In this document: in pieces, positions 1 through 13,047 of the stretch | How positions within the stretch are numbered: position 1 is the first letter of the stretch | Layout of the letters: every line of letters begins with the position of its first letter | Translations under genes and position numbers: made by a program | Origin: Phoronis australis | Taxonomy: Eukaryota; Animalia; Phoronida | DNA length: 64,000 bases | Assembly: GCA_002633005.1 (NCBI GenBank) | Contig: NMRA01000788.1 | Location: forward strand, 62,001 to 126,000 | Reading direction: 5' to 3' | Notes under the pieces: model-generated | The model's input: the letters and a program-made list of their open reading frames with translations, nothing else | Told to the model about the DNA's origin: nothing | The model's database searches: none

Positions 1-3000
1 GTGAGCTGTTATTTTCAAACAAATTTGATGTCAACTCTGTGCCTTTGAAACATTATTCACGGGTGCTTGTTTGTTAAACTTCTGTCAAATTTCTGTCTCC
101 ATATTGAAAAGATTTTTGGATTTAGAGAAGTTTTACCAACTCTTTAGTGCACTGTGACCTTCTGAGAGACAAAAGCAGTAGGCTGAGAAATGAGATATTG
201 TTGTCAGGTAATGACAAACCTTCCCACAATAAAGTATTTCAGGAAATAATAACCACTGTGGTACTTTACTACTGAAAGTCAAGGTTCAGCAGTTAAGGCA
301 TACACTGTTTGAAATGAATAATGTTTGTTTTTGTCAACTACTGAATAGCTTTCCCTGATGTTGCACAACTTGATTGTGAAATCATGTGCCCCACAGGGAT
401 TACTCTCAAGATGATGTGCCTGTGTCTCATACTTCACAATTTGAATGCCAGTGCTTTCTGTCTGGTCTCCATAGGGATATTCCTGGACTGCGCCTTTGCA
501 CCATTAGTATATTGAGAAATAAAAAGATGCAAGTATATTGCAGTGGTGGCCCCCCTGACACATCTTTTAAAATTCAATACTCTTCCAAAAATGCAAGATT
601 CTAGTCAATTTACATCCAGTCGAGTAAAACACAACGATATTTCGATTGCCCTTCCGGTTTCTGTTTCATATGATACCACTTTGATTACACTTAAAAGTCT
701 GCGGGGCAGAAAAAGGGTGCACTTTTTATCATCAGATGTGCCAAAAGGGTACAGGTTCAAACCTGGTCAGGAATATCCCTGTTTCAACAAGCCAGTGGGT
801 ATGCCCTATGCATATCTTTAGTGAAAGTTAGTTTCATAACAACTTGTCACATTTATCGCAAAATCAGTGGTGTATTCAGTAACATTAGTTGCCAAGAAAT
901 CATCTTGTGCAAAGAAAGTGCTAAATTGTTCTTTAGACTCTGGGTCTAATCTTAGTACTCGAAATCGAACTTAGAATTATTTTTGCCATTTTCCTTATAA
1001 ACTTTGGAGGCTTCGCGTTCATTTGGTTGAGTTGCTTTCAAATGAAAGAGAGGTGTTTTGAATTGTGCTAAAGCTATGCCAGGGCTTGAAGTCAACTTTT
1101 TCTTAACTTGCCTGTGGGCAATATCACTTACATATTATTTGCCCAAAGGGAATCGCTGTTGAATTGTCTTTTGTTTTATAATCCTTTGTAACAATCCTCA
1201 TGTGTAACACGGAATAGAGTGAAACTCTGTCAAGTGTGGTAAGTCACCCTGCTGCAACCCTGGGACAGCGGAGCCCCTTCTCAAAGTGGTCAAGAGGGTT
1301 ATAACACTATGAGTTTTGAGTTCTGGTGGTGGTGGCTTGATTTAGGCCTGGAAATACGTAAAATGCTCACATGTGCTGGCGGCTGGTGTAACTACACCCT
1401 AATCTTGGGACATGGGAGACATTAATGCAAAATTTTCACTCCTTCCATTTAAAATTTCTGAATTATGCAGCTATGTTTGGGTATGTGATACCATTCCATG
1501 GAATAACTGAAGTGTTAAAAATAAAAGTGATCAAGAATGCAGTGAGACATTGACATGGTGACTTAGCGCATTTTATATTTTGTAAATTATTCGATTCTGT
1601 CTAACTATTTGTGATGTGTCAGTGAACTGCATGCGAGTGAGTGGATTGAAGGCTATCAAAACAGATGACAGATATGCATGTCTATTATAAGCAGAATACT
1701 GGAGTCACTGGTGGTCTTGACTATTAATGCATAATTGTGCAGTTATTTTCTCAATGAAGAGGCTATAAAAGACTTGGAGACAAATGACTGTGTAAAAATG
1801 TTTACATGAAAGCTGTAGTTGTCTTTCTTAAAGCCTAACTTCAATGGAATTTTGTTACTTTAGATGTATTAGGCTAACCAGATTGTCCTAGCAAAGCTTT
1901 AGTAAAATAAGAAAATGCCAGGCAAGTGTAAGCCTGTGAAATGATGGGTGAAGCTGTCTTTTCATGCCATGTTGTGTCACTGCCAGATCCCAGCACAAAC
2001 AACAAAAGGTTGTATTGAATGGAGGTCTGAATAGAACACCACTGGGTGGGGGTGTTATTCCCAGCTGTTTGAATTAAAAGGTGATTCTCTTGGTGACATA
2101 GACAAAAGCGAGTCAGTCCACCTAAGGGTTTGTTACATTTGGCAATTGTGGCACTAGTGGGTAAACAGAGGGATGATCTTAACATACTGTAGGAACTAAT
2201 TTTACATGTGTTACTGTTGGAGATATAGGCTTTAAGTTTGATTAGTGTGTGAACACAACCCAGCACTTACAAGATTCATCACTTTGTGATCCCAGGTGCT
2301 CAGCTTATGAAAAAATAAACCGCTTGGTCATTGTCATGTTGTATTTCAACAATCATGGGGTACTGGCATCAGGCTAAGTTTTTGTCCACTTGGCAGTGTT
2401 CACGATTTAGCCAATTTGACTACGACATTTGAAAGTCTAGTCCTAGCCTTTGTAGTCAAACACTTACAAGACTTATTACTCAAGGTATTCCATCAAAATT
2501 GAAATCCCAGTCTAAAACATATCTCGGAGTCGAAAACAGGCTCCCGCACCTTTAAAACAGCTTACCAGCCCAAAAAACACAAATCCCGACGTTTAAAACA
2601 GGAACCTAGGGGATTGTACAGGACATTCTGGGACCGAAACGCCTCTCTTGCACATTTTCTGTCAAACAGTGTTTATCTCAAGAAAATAGTACATTAGTAC
2701 CTTTAAAGTGCTTTGTGTTCATACGACATGTATCGATTTCACATTTTGATGAATAAATTGTGATATGTTGTTTTGCTGTATGAACCATGTGATTTTGGAA
2801 TTCTCGCAGCGAGATAGTTAATGAACGCTCTCCAAAAATATCATGACAAATCTCTGACTGTGTCGCTAATAACTCGCACTTCCCAGCTTAGCTGTTGCTG
2901 GTTAGTGCACAGAAAATGGTGTTCAAATTTCCAATCGGAACTTTCATATCATGTACCTAACGGTGGGAAACAAAGCTACATATGAAAACACAAGCGGAAA

Positions 3001-3144
3001 ATCAAATGTTGCAGAAAGAAACCCAGAATGTACATATATATTTTTATTTCCTCTTATCTTAAACTTGTGCTGTTTTGTCAGGTCAGTTTTGTCACATGTA
3101 TTTCTGACGCTATACCACTCATTGCCTCACCGGAACCCTTTCAA

Positions 3145-3245
3145 ACCTACTTGCCTGTCAGGCAAGTAAGTTTGAACTTTCACTTGCAAGATGCCAAAAG
3201 TTACCCGTTATCAGGCCATTGGACTACCGTTAGCGTCGATCCCTG
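3145..3245. mobile_element. Right end of a hAT-like element (possible decayed left end at 1080)
   Basis: acttgcctgtcaggcaagt palindrome and terminus tagcgtcgatccctg. Position 1080 has cagggcttgaagtcaac...acttgcctg. No matching TSD. Confidence 0.4.
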
Positions 3246-4099
3246 TAATACTCAGTGCTGAATTCAGGCAAATTTCAATTCAGACAAATTTCAATTCATA
3301 GCCTTTCATCAAATTCACCCTGAAGTCTAGATGAACTAACCACTGATTATGGCTTGGGTCATTGAATTGGGTTGTTGGATATTGATGTACCAATGACATT
3401 CAGATTTTCATCAAGCCATTGTCATGAAATGCATAAATTGTAGGTCACGGCAGTTTATATATATATTGAAAGTTATTTTTTTTCTATCAGAGGCTCCCTT
3501 CAACAGATTTTTTTTTGTTTTGGGTATGCTATTTTAATATCTAATGCACAGCTGGTTTGCCCTACAACCCTATTCTGAGTTTGAATTAGCAGTTACTTAT
3601 TGCTTGAGACTGTGGTTATCCTTGCACAAAGTGACTGGCTATGACAAGCCAGCTTGTTGAGGCTGGTCTCCACTAGTAACAAACTGAAAGTTGTTCTCAA
3701 GCCCCAGAAATCCCCAAAAATCTAGCAAGATATAAGTGGAGACAAGTTTCAATAGATTGTAATTGGCCTAAATCAAATGTTGTTTTTGTCAGAATCGGGA
3801 TTTATAGCATTTTTAGGGTTCGAGAGTAGAAAAGTTTCTCTCCATGATAAAGTACAGCCTTGGGGGTACGTAATGTAATAGAAGAGGTGTACAGGGAGTG
3901 ACACTGGCTGACTTTCAGGACCCAGTTTCACTACTAACAGATTCCTTTTCCAACGTAACTCCTGATGAAAGGGTGTCCTTTCTGGTTTAACCCTACAAAA
4001 TGATTCACTTCAGTTCAAAACTCTGCAAATGGTTCATTTTTCCAACTTCAAAAATGTACATGATTTTCAATTGAAATAATCATTGTTAGCTATTGAGGA

Positions 4100-4195
4100 C
4101 CTGGTTATATTTGAGAGACCAACTTTCTGGGCCGTCTTGTGCTCTTCCTCCGGCACTAGTGATTGTCATTTGAGAGGCTCTCAAATATAACCAGG
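4100..4195. mobile_element. Small MITE-like inverted repeat
   Basis: Perfect 18-bp TIR: cctggttatatttgagag (4100-4117) and ctctcaaatataaccagg (4178-4195). Confidence 0.75.
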
Positions 4196-5360
4196 CCTCT
4201 GATTGGTTTAAATGAATACTTTAGTACAATGTTATGTAACAGGCGCCAGCTATGAACATTTATACCTCTAGGATTCTTAATATTATCAGGAACATATTAC
4301 CAGGTTCTTTGAGGAAGGGACATATATTTTCATGTATTTAAATGTATTTTTAATTTGATTTAAAAGCAAACTGTTGAAATTGTTAAACTGACTAAATATT
4401 TAAATATAATGTTGAAGTTTAACCTAGAAGATTACGTCACTTTGGTCCCTGAATGTCATAACTAGTGGCACTGGGACATTTTTAATATGCCATGTTTTAC
4501 CCTTATACAAATTACAGCTATTCCCAGGTGAGTCCCTGAGTGTAAGCTTTGTGAACTGTGACCTCATAAATTAAGGCTGTCTGATTGGTCATTTTTTCAT
4601 CACGCCCATCTGGGACTAGTGTGACATAAAAGTGATGTTTTATCAATAAATAGCATCTTTTCAGTAAGTTTCAGGTATACCACAGAGATTCTAGCCACAC
4701 CCTAATAATACTGCCTTTGGGGAAACAACCTGGTAACCTGGGTAACTTTTCTACATGCAAAATGAAACTACCATTTGATTAATATACCATCTATCCATCA
4801 ACGATATCTTGGACCCGCCTGTGGGAATTTGCTATGGTGTGTGCTGAATTCATCATCACCGTGTCGTTATTGTTAGCCATAAAACCAAGAAACTGGTCAC
4901 ATTGTGTGAACAAAGGTGTACTCTTTCTAACTGCATTTTATTTTCTTCTCAGTTTAACAGTAATTCGGCAATTACTTGTAGGAAAGCACCATTGATTATT
5001 CAACTACTTTAAACCCATCCTGTTAACGTCTTCCTGATATCTAGTTTTCAAAAAAAGATCCGCTACATAAATTGTACACATTTCAGACAACATTGTGTTT
5101 CTTGTACTGTTTCACACTGTTGTGGTTTAAGACAGAATCCCTACAGAGGTGTTAATTTTGTAGAGATAAGCTTGTCAAAAAGTTGTCAATTCTGCTGCAA
5201 AACTCTGTGAACTGGTAACTTTTATGGAAGTTCCTTACAAATTCGTCCCTTTTTTCGAGTTCACCTCTACATGGATGGTTATCCAAATTTTCCAGCTGTA
5301 TCCCGTCAAATTACAGTACTACTGTATTATGCATCCTGGAACAGTCGCTATAGAACTTAA

Positions 5361-6402
5361 AGGAGAATGCCACCCGATTTAATTAGTCTTTTTTACCATC
5401 TTAATCGGTCTATATCCACATCGCCTCTTATACGGTCGACCTCACTTTGCTGAGAGGTGTTGCGTTAACCTGTGAGGAAGGTGAGAAACGACGCAGCGAC
5501 GTCAGTAGTTCGTCTGCAGAGTGAATGTCACTATATTGCGGTGCACCGTTACCACTTGTCCGAACTATGAAGCTACGAAAAAAGAGGTTATATCGTTTTT
5601 TTGACTTCCTCGAGAGCCCGAAATGCTTGGGAAGTGGCTCGCGGTAGTGAAGAATGAAAGGTAGGCTGTTAATAGCAAGTATGAGGCCGTGAAACATCTC
5701 CGTGTCTGTGGCTGGCATTTCGTCAACAGTGATTTCTCTGACGAATTCCGGCTAGTAACAAAGAAATATCCATACGTTCCGTTGCCTGTGCATGTTCACG
5801 GCGCCTCTCTAGTATTTCTTGATCAGTGTATTCTGAACTGATAGCCTGTGAAACATAACGATCCGACCCGTGGAGTCTTCGTTGCCTGAGCTCTTGACTA
5901 AGTCGGGATTGGCGCGGGGCGAGTTGCCGTTTATTAGTAGACGTTTATTATTGTGTGTTCTGTTTCAAAATAAATTATTCTCATCCTAACCAATGCTTGA
6001 ATGAAACTGAAACAAAGTCTGTCTCATTAGATACAATTTGTAATGCCTTGGAGTGCTCGTGAGTGCAAATGATTTGAGGAGCCAGCAATGAATGCATTAC
6101 CGGCTTTTGATGCCGGCAACAAAGGTAATTAATTGACCGGGCACCGAGGCCGTGTGAGCGCATGCTAATATCAGTGTTTGCTGTTGTGAAACAATGGTCA
6201 CATGTTAGGGGAATCTTTATTTAGAAATACAAATACATTATTTAAATCATTGTTACTGTACAACCTTTGCCCTGACGGTCTGTGGAAAGGGAACCCGACT
6301 GCCGTGAGGTGTCAGGTAACGCAACCGAACGTGCCATTGTCGAGTAAAACTACTCGATCTAAATTGGTACAAAACAGGTTGTTTTTTGAGTGGCATTCTC
6401 CT
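5361..6402. mobile_element. Non-autonomous Kolobok-like DNA transposon with decayed THAP domain
   Basis: Perfect 13-bp TIR aggagaatgccac / gtggcattctcct, flanked by TTAA at 5357-5360 and 6403-6406. Purine-start termini with TTAA fit Kolobok rather than piggyBac. Internal THAP relic. Confidence 0.8.
5542..5790 (+). pseudogene. Decayed THAP zinc-finger (C2CH) coding relic
   Basis: Reads CTVTTCPN...ISF, then a frameshift, then LPREPEMLGKWLAVVKNER*...HLRVCGWHFVNSDF...YVP. This is the THAP C-x4-C...P...W...C-x2-HF...VP pattern with stops. Confidence 0.7.
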
Positions 6403-6818
6403 TTAAACACATGATAATGGTAGTGATTCCATTGTTATTATGCTGTTTCGCGAATTCCTGAATTTAATATGATATGGTTTTTGTTAGATTGTGTGTTATA
6501 ACACATAAATGTGTACAGGCTGTTAGAATCTCACGGGGCGTACAAACTATTGGAGAAAATATGACGGGCATTAATAGTAAGTGGCATTGATGATAAAGTT
6601 CCGGCTAGTTTTTCAAAGTTCACTCTAAAATCTGATGGATTGTACTTGGTCGACAGCAGGAATGTATGGAAAGTAGTCGGGATTTTCTTTGAATTGTACA
6701 AAGTGCCTGTTCGAAGACAATGAGCGATGAGTCATTAGTTAGAAAGTCATAAACGTATGAAGATTAGTTTGCCAATAACTTTCACTCTAGCATAAGTACC
6801 TTGAAAAGTTCACATTAC

Positions 6819-6887
6819 GCCCACTTAGGTGTACTGTATACAGGTTGTTGATGCCCACTTAAGTGTACTGTACACAGGTTGTTGATG
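6819..6887. repeat. 34-bp tandem duplication
   Basis: gcccacttaggtgtactgtatacaggttgttgat occurs twice, with 2 mismatches. Confidence 0.9.
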
Positions 6888-7177
6888 GGGGTGGTTCATA
6901 CTAACAATCAACAATCTTGTATGAGGGAACTGACTAATTTGGTGCACATGTATAGGCACGCACATGCGTGCGTTTTAAGACCTGACTTCCAATTTAAAAC
7001 TAGCTATTAAAAAAAAAACAAATGAACCAAATGTGATCTGATGTATGCTAAAACTGACTTCTCTTTTTTGAAATCAGGGTGTCTGTACATAACCGGGGCA
7101 CTCTGGTTCCGATCGAGAGTGCCGCCTTTGTGTTCTCATCAACTGGTCTTGATAATGTTTTTCTTTTCTGGTTTCAG

Positions 7178-7217
7178 AGTGCCAAGTAATTGCTAAACTA
7201 AAATGCTGCTTTAAAAG
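7178..7217 (+). other. Candidate non-coding (5'-UTR) exon, with a possible upstream acceptor at 7078
   Basis: Pyrimidine-rich acceptor tttttcttttctggtttcag and consensus donor aag|gtaagt at 7218. A second acceptor, cttctcttttttgaaatcag, ends at 7077. No transcript evidence is available. Confidence 0.45.
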
Positions 7218-7743
7218 GTAAGTTTTGCGCTTTTGAGCCTTTAGGCTGTTTTTATAGAACCTGCTTTTCAACAGAAATTTTGTTGAATAAAATGATGTTT
7301 TAGTAATAATTCTTTAAAATATTTCTCATTGAAAATAGGTGTCAAAATTGTTCGTTGCCTGTTTTTCAATGGTTGACCACTTAGCTGCATATAATTACTG
7401 ATGCTGGATAGGACATCTTTCTTACTGTTCTCGATTCATTTTCCCAGTTGATCTGGGAACCGTTGTTGTTGGAGACCTGTTTTTCACATTTAATACTAGT
7501 CACATGCAGTCTTGCCACCTGTATTACAAACAAGATGGAATCGCTCAGTTAATTACACCAAGGGTAAACTTTGTATGTCATTGACCTCTCCACTAAGATG
7601 GAAAGATGCCACTGAGTTCTGCTCTTGTTAGAGACTGTTAGAAAGGCAATTTCACGTTCATTTCATACATGTTGGAGGAGAGAAATAACTCTTTGTACTG
7701 TTTTCTAAACATCATCGAGATTGCTGAAGAATTTCAAACTTAA

Positions 7744-8224
7744 AGCTGCCTATCGACCTGCATACCTGGCCAAAAATCAAAATCAAATTAGGCCTTTTAC
7801 TCTCGTAAAAATGGTCTCGTAATATTCTTACTGTAGGATTTCGATTGCATTGCCAACTCTAGTCACAGGCTATGCGTACTCCGCCATTTTCGAATTTGCA
7901 GCTTCAGAGTTGGCCTACCCCAATGAGCTCTGAAACGTTTTCTTGAGTCGCTGATGATTTCTCCGTTCTTGGTGGGTGCGGAAATAGAATCCTTAGGAAT
8001 ATTGTGACCCCGTTTCCGGTTTCATTTCTAACCTATTATATACAAGGTGAAATGCAACTGTGTTTGATATGTGATGCAGATAAAAAGGCCACGCCAAGTC
8101 TCCACTGAATGGTTGCTGATAATTTTTACTAATAGCTTCTTAAAATAGAAGTTATACACTAATCTGATAGTCTCAAGTGGTGTGTGGGGTTTTGTTAAAT
8201 TGGACTGGCCTTCCCAAGATGGCT
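7744..8224. mobile_element. Old TTAA-flanked (Kolobok-like) MITE
   Basis: Ends ttaa|agctgcct... and ...agatggct|ttaa. The TIR is degenerate, mostly by transitions. Internal ccgccattttc motif. Confidence 0.35.
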
Positions 8225-8383
8225 TTAATTTAATCAAGCACTATCTGGTGGTTGAAATAGCTGTTGAAGGTACTGGTAAACACTGAGATAGTGAAGAGCA
8301 CCTAAAGAACTAAACATTCAGTTATTTGAATGGGTGAAATGTATCTGGCTCATAGCACTGCATTATTTTTGTAGAAGCTGTGT

Positions 8384-8815
8384 GCCCGGTTGCATGAAAC
8401 AGTCCCAAATAGGGACTCAGCTAAGTTCCCTAAATCTACTGCATATTTTTGGACTTGTGAAAACATCGATTGCCCTTTCTTGAATTGTTTTAGTTTCCTT
8501 ACTAAGTCACCTTTTGACTTGGATACAATCGAGAGTGAACAATATGTTGAATTGTCAATATTATCGAAAATATTTAGGGATCTTTTCGTGCAACACCCCC
8601 AATTTAAGGACCGAGTCCCTATTTATTTTCAATGAACTCTGGGCTCAGTTTTTAGTTCAATTATTAGAAAATGTCATTAATCAAAGAGGAGCTCATAATA
8701 AAGATGAAATGATAGAAAAATATTGCATCTGTGAGTCCATAAAGACATAAATATGCAAAAAAACTTAGGGACCTTAGTTGAGTCCCTATTTGGGACTGTT
8801 TCATGCAACCGGCCA
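8384..8815. mobile_element. MITE with about 45-bp near-perfect TIRs
   Basis: ccggttgcatgaaacagtcccaaatagggactcagctaagttccctaa at 8386 is mirrored by ttagggaccttagttgagtccctatttgggactgtttcatgcaaccgg ending at 8812. Confidence 0.9.
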
Positions 8816-9281
8816 CTGGGGAATCATGTTCTGAGTGCGTGTTCATCAGTGGAAACAAAAGTACATGACCTCATTATTTTTATTGGCATTCAAGATTGAT
8901 TACAAATTCTTTTCTTCAACCACTGAGAATGGTTGAAAACACACTGAAACACACCTGCTACCAATTTTCTTTCAAGTCTGACTCAATTCACACTTTTGGT
9001 ACACAGAATCCATCCAGAAGAAGGTAGTTCCCATATGTCAAATAGAAGTTTTCAAAGAAATTGTCAATGTTCCGTCATCCCTGTCATTTCGAAATATAAC
9101 TTGGTTTTAAATTAATTAACAACCCTATGTTTTATTCAAGTGACCTTCACAAATATCTGCCGTTCCAAATTGTAGAAACCTGCCATCTATAAATCCACTT
9201 ATCCTAGTTTTAGTAAACTTGTTCATGCATGCCCCTTGACCCCATTCTGTATATGCTAATTAGTCTAATATTCAACTGTCC

Positions 9282-9771
9282 CAAGTTGCTTTCCCATTAG
9301 AGGCTAAACTTTGCTTTTACCGAAGTTTCTGCTAGTGAGAAAGGTTAACTTGGGTAGTTAATCTGCAAACAAAACTTTGCTGAAAACAGTGGGATTTAAA
9401 AGCGAATCTTCGGCACTCACCGAAACTTTGATGTAGTGGGAAAGGTCAGAGCGAAACTTCGCCGAAGTTATCGGTGGAGGTCGTGGCAACGATAGATATG
9501 ATTACGCGAGACTTGCAAAACATGTTCTTTGATGGTAGCGACTAGCCGACGTGCTCTCAACAGACACAATGTAAATAAACAAAAGAAAGCAGAACAATGG
9601 CACTGATCATTTCCATATACACTCATAAGTGACTGGAGAACAATTTTCAGTTAGCCTGAAACTTACTACTCACTGTTTCGTCTGTTATGGTGATAACTTC
9701 GATATTGCTGTTAAGTGGGAAAGTTTAGGCGAAGCTTCGATAAACGGAAGTTCCCCAAATGGGTAAGCGGT
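9282..9771. mobile_element. Degenerate MITE (possibly PIF/Harbinger-like)
   Basis: Left end gctttcccattagagg matches the reverse complement of the right end ccccaaatgggtaagc. Internal ccgaagtt/aacttcg repeats occur in both orientations. Confidence 0.45.
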
Positions 9772-10064
9772 TGCAGTCAATTATATTCTTACAGGTTTGT
9801 GTGTGCATGCTAACTTACCGTTAACTCGCGCGTTAAAGTCCTGGTCGCTTAGATTTCCCAAACAGTGGGTGCTTAAACTGAAAAATTGGCACAAAGTAAG
9901 GGATGGGCGATTATCCAAGCAGTGGGCATTTAAACCGAAAATTGACAAAAGGTCGGGGATGGGGGATTACCCGGGCAAGGGCGTTAATCCACGAGTTTAC
10001 AGTAATTTGTAGTGGACTCAAACATTAAAATTATGGCCACCTGGTCATGAGTTGCAATATCTAG

Positions 10065-10478
10065 AGTCCCGTTTAGACATCAACTTTTGATCCAGCGCAA
10101 CTGACACGGAGCAACTTGATCGGTGTCAAGTGGCCGTTTACACACGCGATTTCATTAAATGTGGCAAGACAGAAGTTGTGCGCTGGTGAGTGGAATGCAC
10201 ATGCACAGGTTTTCAAATAGCGGGAATTGCAGAGACACAGAGCCCATATGTAGGTCATTGCACAAGCGCAGTAGAGATATCCTTTCTGACTTGCCCCAGT
10301 TTCGCGTTTAGACATATAATTGACACGGAGCAAGATGTTCAGAGCAAATTGCCCCAATCTCACAAACGGATGGCAACAGTTGTCACCGGAGTGTCAATTT
10401 GCTCTGTGTCAGTCCGTTTACACACATCTCGTTCCATGTCAGTTGATCCGTGTCAACTTTTGTTATGTAAACGGCACT
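10065..10478. mobile_element. PIF/Harbinger-like MITE, family A copy 1
   Basis: TIR agtcccgttta / taaacggcact (10/11). Internal tgacac/gtgtca repeats. Shares the block gtgtca..gctc.gtgtcagtc..gtttacacac..gttccatgtca with 40243-40647. Confidence 0.7.
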
Positions 10479-10758
10479 TAAGTCAAATTGTGTGCTACTT
10501 CTATGTTCCTATCCTAGCTCTACAGCTCCTGTGTCTGTAAATAGTTATTTACATCTCTCTCATAAAACAAACGTTACAAAAGCATTAGTCATTTGAAAAA
10601 AAATCAAACTCCCTAATTGTTTTATTTTCACCCTAAGATTTTACCATGAACTGAACCTGAAACATCTTGGCTGGGCAGTGATGAAATAATGGCAAATGAA
10701 TTTAGTTTACTCTAGGAAGAGTGCAGTTTTTAATGGCAATGGTTTTATGCCAGATTTC

Positions 10759-11490
10759 TATGGCGTGTTATGTGTTGCAAAATTCAATGTTCAAAAAATT
10801 AGGTTTGATGTAATTATGTGTATTCGATACCTTATATTTATATTTGATCTTATGGTTTGTACATTTGACGTCAAAACAGTTGTATTCCATAATGAAAATA
10901 CTTATGTGCGATAACTTAGTATATATGTTCGATGTTTCGTTGTATGTGTTCGATGTTTCTTTTGATATGTTCAATAACGGAATTATGGGTATTATGAAAC
11001 GACGTCCCTGATTGGTTCCTGGAATTAGTAAATGACGGCTACCGAAGAAGAGTTGCTTCCTCATTTTTTCGACAATTTAGCCCATTTCATCCATATTTGT
11101 GAACACGGGTAAATAACGTCTCAACACAGCTGACCAATCACGGCCGTCGTTTCAATTTACCCAGAGTTCCATTATCGAATATAACCGGAAGACATCTAAC
11201 GAAAACTTGACATTATCGAATACATATATGAACATCGAACAGAAATTTTCAAAACATTGAATACGATTGTAATGAACATTGAATACATATAATCTTATGA
11301 AACATAAATGTAGATAACATTGAATATAAGATCAAATATAAATATAAATATACGAAGATCAAATATAAATATAAGAAGATCAAACATAAATTTTAGAAAG
11401 ATCAAATATAAATGTAAGATACCGACTACATATAATTACATCAAACCTATTTTTTTGAACATTGAATTTTGCAACACATAACACGCCATA
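10759..11490. mobile_element. Foldback MITE with TATGG...CCATA termini and 6-bp TSD (IS3EU-like)
   Basis: TIR longer than 90 bp (tatggcgtgttatgtgttgcaaaattcaatgttcaaaaaa... / ...ttttttgaacattgaattttgcaacacataacacgccata). Direct repeat gatttc at 10753-10758 and 11491-11496. Confidence 0.88.
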
Positions 11491-11739
11491 GATTTCTGTT
11501 TGCTTGCGCTTTACCCAGATGAATCCAAAGTTGTATGTTTATAGAGCTTTGTACCAAGGCTAGGTTTATGGGGCTTAAGAGGAAGGGGATACAGTATAAA
11601 CAAAAAAGTCAATGTTGAGAGGGTGGGCTGTTTCCCTAATGTTTAGTTGCCAAAAGCGAAAAATGAATAAAAAAATCATTACTGTGATAGGACTTGATTT
11701 CATTTATCGACAACAACTTTACACCGAAACAATCAGCGA

Positions 11740-12440
11740 TATGGAAAGTCATTTAGCGAAAAAAATCCGGGACACAAATTTTCTATTCAAGAATTCTTTG
11801 CAGGACCAAAAAATATACTCAAAACCAAAATTTATCACGCGAGAACCTATAATTTATCATGCCGGGGCCAAAATTTAACATGCCATGAAAAAACATTTAT
11901 TACACCAGGACATAGAATTTCTTGCCAGGAGAAAATTTCATGCCAAGAGAAAATTTCATGCCAGGAGACCACATGACAATGACGATACGCTGCGTCTCTG
12001 TAATACTGATCCGTATTCCAAGTCTAGTGTGTCCAAGTATACATTGGCTTCAGTTGTAAAATGGGGAAGAGTCGCCAGAAATTCAGCCTCATTGTCACGA
12101 TAATGTGACTGTTGTAGGCGAGGTGTTATGCATCTATGACATCGTCTCTTTGAGGGTTCATGTGCTTGTAGGTAGTCTCATGATATCCTGGCATGAAATT
12201 TTCCTGACGTGAAATTTTCTGGGTGTGTGAAATTTTCCCTGAAGTGTGAAATAATAAATTTTCTGTCCTGGCATGATAAATTTTCGGTTCTGACATGTTA
12301 AATTTTGGTCCAGACATGATAAATTATAGGTCTTGGCATGATAATTTTTGGTTTCGAGTATATTTTTTGGTACTGCAGAGAATTTGATTTTTGAACAGAA
12401 AATCTGTTTTCTGGAATTTTTTTCGCTTTTGCTTTCCATA
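11740..12440. mobile_element. Second foldback MITE with TATGG...CCATA termini and about 230-bp arms
   Basis: tatggaaag..agcgaaaaaaatccggga mirrors tctggaatttttttcgcttttgctttccata. The arms are built from aaaatttcatgccagga-type subrepeats. No intact TSD. Confidence 0.8.
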
Positions 12441-12887
12441 ACACTCAAGAAAACCTTCCCGTTCAGAGTTTATGGGGGGCTTGTCAACCTTAATATTTAA
12501 TTAGCAAATTTGAAAGTGGCATATTAGTGCATTGCCCGTTGAGTTGCTGGCTCATTTGGCATGGTACGTAGTGTTATTTAACCTCAAAGTGCTTCAGTTA
12601 AGAATTCAACAGTAGGCAGTTAAAAAACTGGTAATTGTAATGTTTTCCAGGAACTTGGTTATCATGTCTATTCAGATCTCAAGGTCTAATGTCACTTTCA
12701 CACCAATGTCACGGTTTTACCGTTTTTGAAGAGCATAACTTCCAAACTTAAACAGCCATGGAAACTAATCTCAAAATAGGAGGATTAACCTGCAGAGGTG
12801 AACAACTCTCCTGCAGTGGAAAAACTTAAATCTGCTTTGACAGATGTACTATTAGAAGTCATGACTTGCTACACATGTATTCTACCA

Positions 12888-13047
12888 GCCTCCCGTTCAA
12901 TAACGCTAGGACCTTGCTAAAAAGCAAGACTTCGCGAGGTTACGTGAGATATTGCCGTGTATTTTAAATGAGAACACGTGACTTTGACTAGGTTTTAGCT
13001 AGGTCCTAGCGTAGGTCCTCGGCCTCGCGTCTACTGAACGCACGCCA
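12888..13047. mobile_element. Small MITE-like palindrome
   Basis: cgttcaata..acgctaggacct is mirrored by aggtcctagcgt..tactgaacg. Confidence 0.5.

Noticed and set aside
1-6. Window begins with donor-like gtgagc
   Set aside because: The upstream exon is not visible, so it cannot be supported.
1080-3245. One intact 2.2-kb hAT element
   Set aside because: The ends match only about 12/17 and the flanks show no TSD. Kept only as end fragments.
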